Source: Thermoanaerobaculia bacterium
GTDB taxonomy: Bacteria; Acidobacteriota; Thermoanaerobaculia; UBA5066
Reading direction: 5' to 3'
NCBI GenBank assembly: GCA_963816185.1
Contig: CAWFJJ010000025.1
Location: forward strand, 512,001-576,000
Length of the DNA: 64,000 nt
Shown: in pieces, positions 59,602-64,000 of the stretch
Layout of the letters: each line of letters opens with the position of its first letter
How positions within the stretch are numbered: position 1 is the stretch's first letter
Made by a program: the position numbers and the translations under genes
Notes under the pieces: model-generated
What the model was told of the DNA's origin: nothing
Databases searched by the model: none
What the model saw: the letters and a program-made list of their open reading frames with translations, nothing else

Positions 59602-61160
59602 GTGAAACGAAGACGATGACGAGAAACGAGCTCGACGTGAAGGTCGCGGAGCTGGCGGCACGCTACCGGCCGATCGCGGAGAGAATTCTCAGGGAGGTCG
59701 TTCGCATCCCGGCCGATTACGTCGACCGGCCGAAAGATGCCGGCGGCGACCCGAGCTGCGGCCTTTCGAACCACGAGAAGCCGCGGCTCGAGTACCTGAA
59801 ACGCATGATCGTCGAGATCGGCGCGGTCCGCCGTCCCGAAGACGTCGGCTACGACGGCTACGGCAACCTCGTCTGGACGGTCGACGATCTTTCCGACCGC
59901 ACCCCTGTGACGGACAAGCGCGTCATCTACTTCGACGGCCACACGGACACGGTCAAGGCCATCCGCCCGGCGTGGCGCGAGAAGACGGGAGGCGTCGACG
60001 CCTACGACGGGCTCGTCGACGCGGCGGCCGTCAAGCGCAACTTCCTCAAGACCGAACTCGGATACCTGCCGCCCGAGTCCGAGTGGGAGCATCTCGTCTT
60101 CGGGCGCGGCTCGGCCGACCAGCTTTCGGGCGTCGTGGCGCAGGTCGTCGCGTCGAAGATCCTCCTGGAGCTCTCGCCGCAGGGCTCGCTGCGCGGCGCG
60201 ATCGTCCGTTCCTACGCGACGGTGACCGAAGAGGATAACGACGGCGGAGGACCGCAGTTCCTGATGAAGAAGGTCCTCCCGGGTGCCGGGGCGGAGCTCG
60301 TGCCGGACGTGGTCATCCTCACGGAGGGCACGGGCGACTCCGCGAAAGGAGCGCTCGGGATCTACCGAGGCCAACGCGGCCGCATGCAGATCGAGGTGAG
60401 CGTGACCGGGAAGTCCTGCCACGGCTCGATGCCGTGGGAGGGCCGCAACCCGCTCGAGTGGGGAGCGCCGATCCTCGCCGAGGCCGCGAAACGGTACAAC
60501 GCCCGCGACGGCTTCCTCGACCACCCGTTCCTCGGCCACGGCACACGGACGGCCTCGTGGGCTCGACTCGACACGCCGAGCGACTGCGCCGTCCCCGAAC
60601 GGTTCATCTTCCGATTCGACCGTCGCCTCACGATCGGGGAGACGCCTGAAAAAGCCGTCGCCGACGTCGAGGGGCTCGCGGCAGTAGCCGCCGCGCGGGC
60701 GGCGGGGCTGGCGGTCGACGTCAGCGTGCCGACGTACGACGAGCCGACGTGGAACGGCTTCATCCTCCACAACCCGCAGATCTACATGGGCTGGCTCACG
60801 CCGGAAGAGCACCCGGCCGTTCAGGCGGCCGTCGCGGCGTATCGCGCCGTCGTGTCTCCGCACGTTCCGGCCGGAGGCCAGCGCGGCGCCCTTCGCGCCG
60901 AGCCGCGCGTGGACCGGTGGATCTTTTCGACGGACGGCGTCGGCTTCCCGATTCGCGTCGACGACGCCTCGATCATCGTTCCCCTGCGCAAGGCTTGGGT
61001 CACGTCAGGCGCCGTGAAGCACCCCGCCATGCTCGGAATCGGGCCGGGCATCGAGCAGAACACACACAAGATCGGCGAGTGCGTCGACTTGCGCGAGGTC
61101 GTGAACGCCGTCGCGCTGCTGGCCCGCTTCCCGAGCGTGTTCGTGGCTGTCTCCGGCTAG
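59598..61160 (+). CDS. M20 family metallohydrolase, YgeY-like
   Basis: DGHTDTV, GRGSADQ, EEDNDG, YRGQRGR, HGSMP, FSTDGV; follows ygeW. Confidence 0.8.
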   Translation: MSETKTMTRNELDVKVAELAARYRPIAERILREVVRIPADYVDRPKDAGGDPSCGLSNHEKPRLEYLKRMIVEIGAVRRPEDVGYDGYGNLVWTVDDLSDRTPVTDKRVIYFDGHTDTVKAIRPAWREKTGGVDAYDGLVDAAAVKRNFLKTELGYLPPESEWEHLVFGRGSADQLSGVVAQVVASKILLELSPQGSLRGAIVRSYATVTEEDNDGGGPQFLMKKVLPGAGAELVPDVVILTEGTGDSAKGALGIYRGQRGRMQIEVSVTGKSCHGSMPWEGRNPLEWGAPILAEAAKRYNARDGFLDHPFLGHGTRTASWARLDTPSDCAVPERFIFRFDRRLTIGETPEKAVADVEGLAAVAAARAAGLAVDVSVPTYDEPTWNGFILHNPQIYMGWLTPEEHPAVQAAVAAYRAVVSPHVPAGGQRGALRAEPRVDRWIFSTDGVGFPIRVDDASIIVPLRKAWVTSGAVKHPAMLGIGPGIEQNTHKIGECVDLREVVNAVALLARFPSVFVAVSG

Positions 61161-62171
61161 TCAGCGAACGACGCGCGTCGCGGCGCGCGAGAGCCGGTCC
61201 ATGATCGTCCGGCCGAGTCCGCGCCGGGGAACCGCGAGAACCAGCAGCTCGCTTCCGCGGCGCCGCGTGCGCAGCGCGGCGAACAGCGCGCGCGCAATCT
61301 CCTCGGGAGAAGAGCCGAGGGAAAGAAATCTTTGCTTCGGAAAGAGAAGAGAAAGACGCGCGGGGCCGAGCACGAGCGCGTTGGGATGCGATGACGCATG
61401 GGAAATCAGAGAAGATTTTCTTAGAAAGAGAATGAGGGGACGGCTCGGAGCGTAGTGGACGTACCGCGTGCCGGGACTCTGCGCGGCGCGCCTCTTCACC
61501 TTCGAAGAAAGAGCGCCGCCGCCCATTGCGGGGCGCCCGCTCGAAGCGGCAAACCGAAGCCCGGGAATCATCTTTCTAAGAAGATCCCCAGGTATCGCCC
61601 CTTCCCGCAGGATCCTCGGCGGGTCCAGCGCGACGACGGTGGACTCGACGCCGTGCTTTGTCGATCCGCCATCCAGGACGAAGACGTCCGGGAAGTCATC
61701 TGCAACGTGCCGCGCCGTCGTGGGGCTCGGGCGGCCCGAGACATTCGCGCTCGGCGCGGCGATCGGCACGCCCGCGAGGCGCACGAGATCGCGCGCGACG
61801 CCCTGCGGCATCCGGACGGCAACCGTGTCGAGGCCGGCGGTGACCGAAGAGGGGACCGAAGATTTCTTAGAAAGTATGAGAGTCAGGGGGCCGGGCCAGA
61901 ATCGCGCGAGCAGCGCCTTCGCACGGGGCGGAGGCGCCTCTGCCACCTTTCTGAGCATCCTCATGTCGCTCACGTGAACGATCACCGGGTTGTCTTGGGG
62001 CCGGCCCTTCGCCTCGAAGATCCTCGCGACTGCTTTCGCGTCCAGCGCGTTCGCGCCGAGGCCGTAAACCGTCTCCGTCGGGAACGCGACGAGCTCGCCC
62101 CGGCGCAGCCGTGCGGCCGCCGTGCGCAGAGAGCGGGCGCTGACGGGATGGACGTTCTTCGAGCGCGTCAC
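61161..62171 (-). CDS. sua5: L-threonylcarbamoyladenylate synthase (Sua5 type)
   Basis: FPTETVYGLGA, KGRPQDNP, WPGPLT, APSANVSGRPSPT, PGTRYVHYAP. Confidence 0.92.
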   Translation of the reverse strand: MTRSKNVHPVSARSLRTAAARLRRGELVAFPTETVYGLGANALDAKAVARIFEAKGRPQDNPVIVHVSDMRMLRKVAEAPPPRAKALLARFWPGPLTLILSKKSSVPSSVTAGLDTVAVRMPQGVARDLVRLAGVPIAAPSANVSGRPSPTTARHVADDFPDVFVLDGGSTKHGVESTVVALDPPRILREGAIPGDLLRKMIPGLRFAASSGRPAMGGGALSSKVKRRAAQSPGTRYVHYAPSRPLILFLRKSSLISHASSHPNALVLGPARLSLLFPKQRFLSLGSSPEEIARALFAALRTRRRGSELLVLAVPRRGLGRTIMDRLSRAATRVVR

Positions 62172-62229
62172 GCGCGCATCTTAGCGGCGGCCATCGCGCT
62201 CGCGCGGAGTACACTTCCAAAGCAAGGTC

Positions 62230-63300
62230 GTGCGAGAAAAGAGCAGGTTGGGGTTGCTGTGGCGCCGGGTTCGCGCTCCGCGGTCGAACGGTGACGAGGA
62301 GGAGCGCATCGGCAAACAGAACGCGGAGCTTCTCGGGGCCCTCCAGAAGTGTCCGGACTCCATCATCGCGACCGACGCGAAAGGTCTGGTGACCATGTTC
62401 AACGCCGGGGCCGAGGAGCTGTTCGGCTACCGACCCTCGGAGGTCGTCGGCTTCTCGGCGGCGCGCTTCTATCCGACCCGCGAGGTCGCCAAGGGGATCA
62501 TGATGGCGTTGCGGGAGGCCCCCGGCGGTCGCCTGCGAAACATCGAGGTCACGGTCCGCCGGAAAGACGGCCTGGACATCCCCGCGTTGATCTCGCTGAC
62601 GCTCATCCGAAATGACCGCGGGGAGCAGGCCGGCACGGTCGGCTTCGTCAAGGATCTGATCTCCCAGAAGCAGGCGGAGCGGAAGCAGCAACAGGAGCTG
62701 GAGTACCTCGAGCGGAAGCTGAGCGAGATCATGGAGGTCTCCGAGGCCATGGCGCTCGGAGATTTCACACGCGAGGTCCGGGTCGAGCGCGACGACGTCA
62801 TCGGGAAGCTGGCCGCTTCCTTCAACCAGACGGCGCGGTCCCTCGGAGAGCTCGTGGCCCAGATCCAACGCACGGCCGAACGCATCGTCCGGGCCACCTC
62901 GCTGCAGGCGGAGGGCGCGGGCGGGGAGGAGCGGGTGATGGCGGCGGCCGTCGCCTCGATGAACGGCATCTCCCGGGCGTCGACGCAGATCACCGAGATC
63001 ACGGCGGTCATTGATCGGATCGCGCACCAGACGAATCTGTTGGCCCTCAACGCGGCCATCGAGGCGGCCCGGGCGGGGGAGCAAGGCCGCGGGTTTGCCG
63101 TGGTGGCGCTCGAGGTGCGAAAGCTTGCCGAACGCTCGGCCGAGGCGGCTAAGGAGATCAGGGAGCTCATCCAGGACTCGGTGCAGAAGGTCCACGACGG
63201 CTGCGAACACGTGGATCTGGCCAGCCGGCTGGTGGGCGAGCAGGCCGACGAGCTGGGACGGATCGTGGGGCGCTTCCAGGTGGCGGGAAAGGGAGGTTAG
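62230..63300 (+). CDS. Soluble methyl-accepting chemotaxis protein (PAS-HAMP-MA)
   Basis: PAS ([16 protein letters not shown]), [34 protein letters not shown]. Confidence 0.88.
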   Translation: MREKSRLGLLWRRVRAPRSNGDEEERIGKQNAELLGALQKCPDSIIATDAKGLVTMFNAGAEELFGYRPSEVVGFSAARFYPTREVAKGIMMALREAPGGRLRNIEVTVRRKDGLDIPALISLTLIRNDRGEQAGTVGFVKDLISQKQAERKQQQELEYLERKLSEIMEVSEAMALGDFTREVRVERDDVIGKLAASFNQTARSLGELVAQIQRTAERIVRATSLQAEGAGGEERVMAAAVASMNGISRASTQITEITAVIDRIAHQTNLLALNAAIEAARAGEQGRGFAVVALEVRKLAERSAEAAKEIRELIQDSVQKVHDGCEHVDLASRLVGEQADELGRIVGRFQVAGKGG

Positions 63301-63348
63301 GGCGGCCCGGACGCCGGCCAAATGTCGTTCAGCTTGCCTGAAACGTAG

Positions 63349-64000
63349 CTACCGCATCGCCTCCATGGGCGAGAGGCGCGAGGCGCGGATCGCGGGATAG
63401 AGGCCGAACGTGAGCGCGAGGCTGAGGGCGACGATCCACGCCGTCATGAGCCCGAAGGGGTTGACGACGAGCCCCCACGGGAACATGGGCGAGAGCGCGC
63501 GGCAGACGATCGATCCGGCGACCGTGCCGACCGAGGCTCCGAGCGCGGCGAGCACGGCGGCCTCCAGGAGGAACTGGACGAAGATCTCGTGATCGGACGC
63601 GCCGAGCGACTTGCGCAACCCGATCTCGTAGCGCCGGTCCGAGAACGAGATCAGCATGACCGAGAGGACGCCCACGCCGCCCACGAGGAGGACGGTCGCG
63701 GCAAGGGAAAGGAGGACGATCCTCCAGCCCCTCATCTCGTCGAGGAAGCGCGCGTACGAGCGGGCGGCCTCGGTATCGAGGTCCTGGATCTCCACGTCCT
63801 CGATCCCGTGGTGGGCCTGGCGAACGCGTCCCAGGAGAGCCGCGGAGATGTCGGCCAGGTCGTCCTTGTCCCGCAGCTTGACGGCGACCTGCGTGAGGGC
63901 GTGCGTCGTGTCGATGCGGTCCATGTAGGTCTCGAGGGGGATCTGGAAGCCGTTTGCGTCGTACCAGATCTCGTCGTTGAAGATCTGCATCGGAGCCTGG
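63349..64000 (-). CDS. ABC transporter permease (FtsX/MacB family), 5' end outside the window
   Basis: LLVGGVGVLSVM..RRYEIGLRKSLGA..FLLEA; GLYPAIRASRLSPMEAMR. Confidence 0.9.
   Translation of the reverse strand, partial: QAPMQIFNDEIWYDANGFQIPLETYMDRIDTTHALTQVAVKLRDKDDLADISAALLGRVRQAHHGIEDVEIQDLDTEAARSYARFLDEMRGWRIVLLSLAATVLLVGGVGVLSVMLISFSDRRYEIGLRKSLGASDHEIFVQFLLEAAVLAALGASVGTVAGSIVCRALSPMFPWGLVVNPFGLMTAWIVALSLALTFGLYPAIRASRLSPMEAMR

Overview
High-GC bacterial chromosome segment with about 48 genes. Gene content (eukaryotic-like Ser/Thr kinases, wHTH-FHA regulator, DUF4388, CRTAC1, BNR/PKD surface protein) suggests Acidobacteriota, possibly Thermoanaerobaculia; this is inference only. Core blocks: aceA (heavily frameshifted, probably read errors), sthA, envC-ctpA-like-yibQ, mazG, dnaK-hspR-sigma70-dnaC-like, acyl-CoA dehydrogenase, ppdK, an RNase II-family gene, an xdh/ssnA/ygfK/ygeW/ygeY anaerobic purine-catabolism operon and sua5. 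Two accessory regions hold the best signals. (1) 22.5-31.7 kb: two kinases, a vanadium haloperoxidase, an FHA regulator, vapBC, and an outer-membrane barrel gene with an in-frame UGA plus a bSECIS-like hairpin, i.e. a probable selenoprotein that the ORF track splits. (2) 37.2-39.8 kb: a region-2-only ECF-like sigma factor, a TPR protein and a 51-aa peptide with three GASVGPI repeats, a candidate peptide-signalling module. Also noted: a recurring AT-rich motif GAAGATT(T/CT)CTTAGAA, a catalytically dead CtpA, CTG starts and a 34-bp direct repeat. No rRNA, tRNA, CRISPR array, integrase or transposase was seen. All family calls come from motif recognition by eye; no searches were run.
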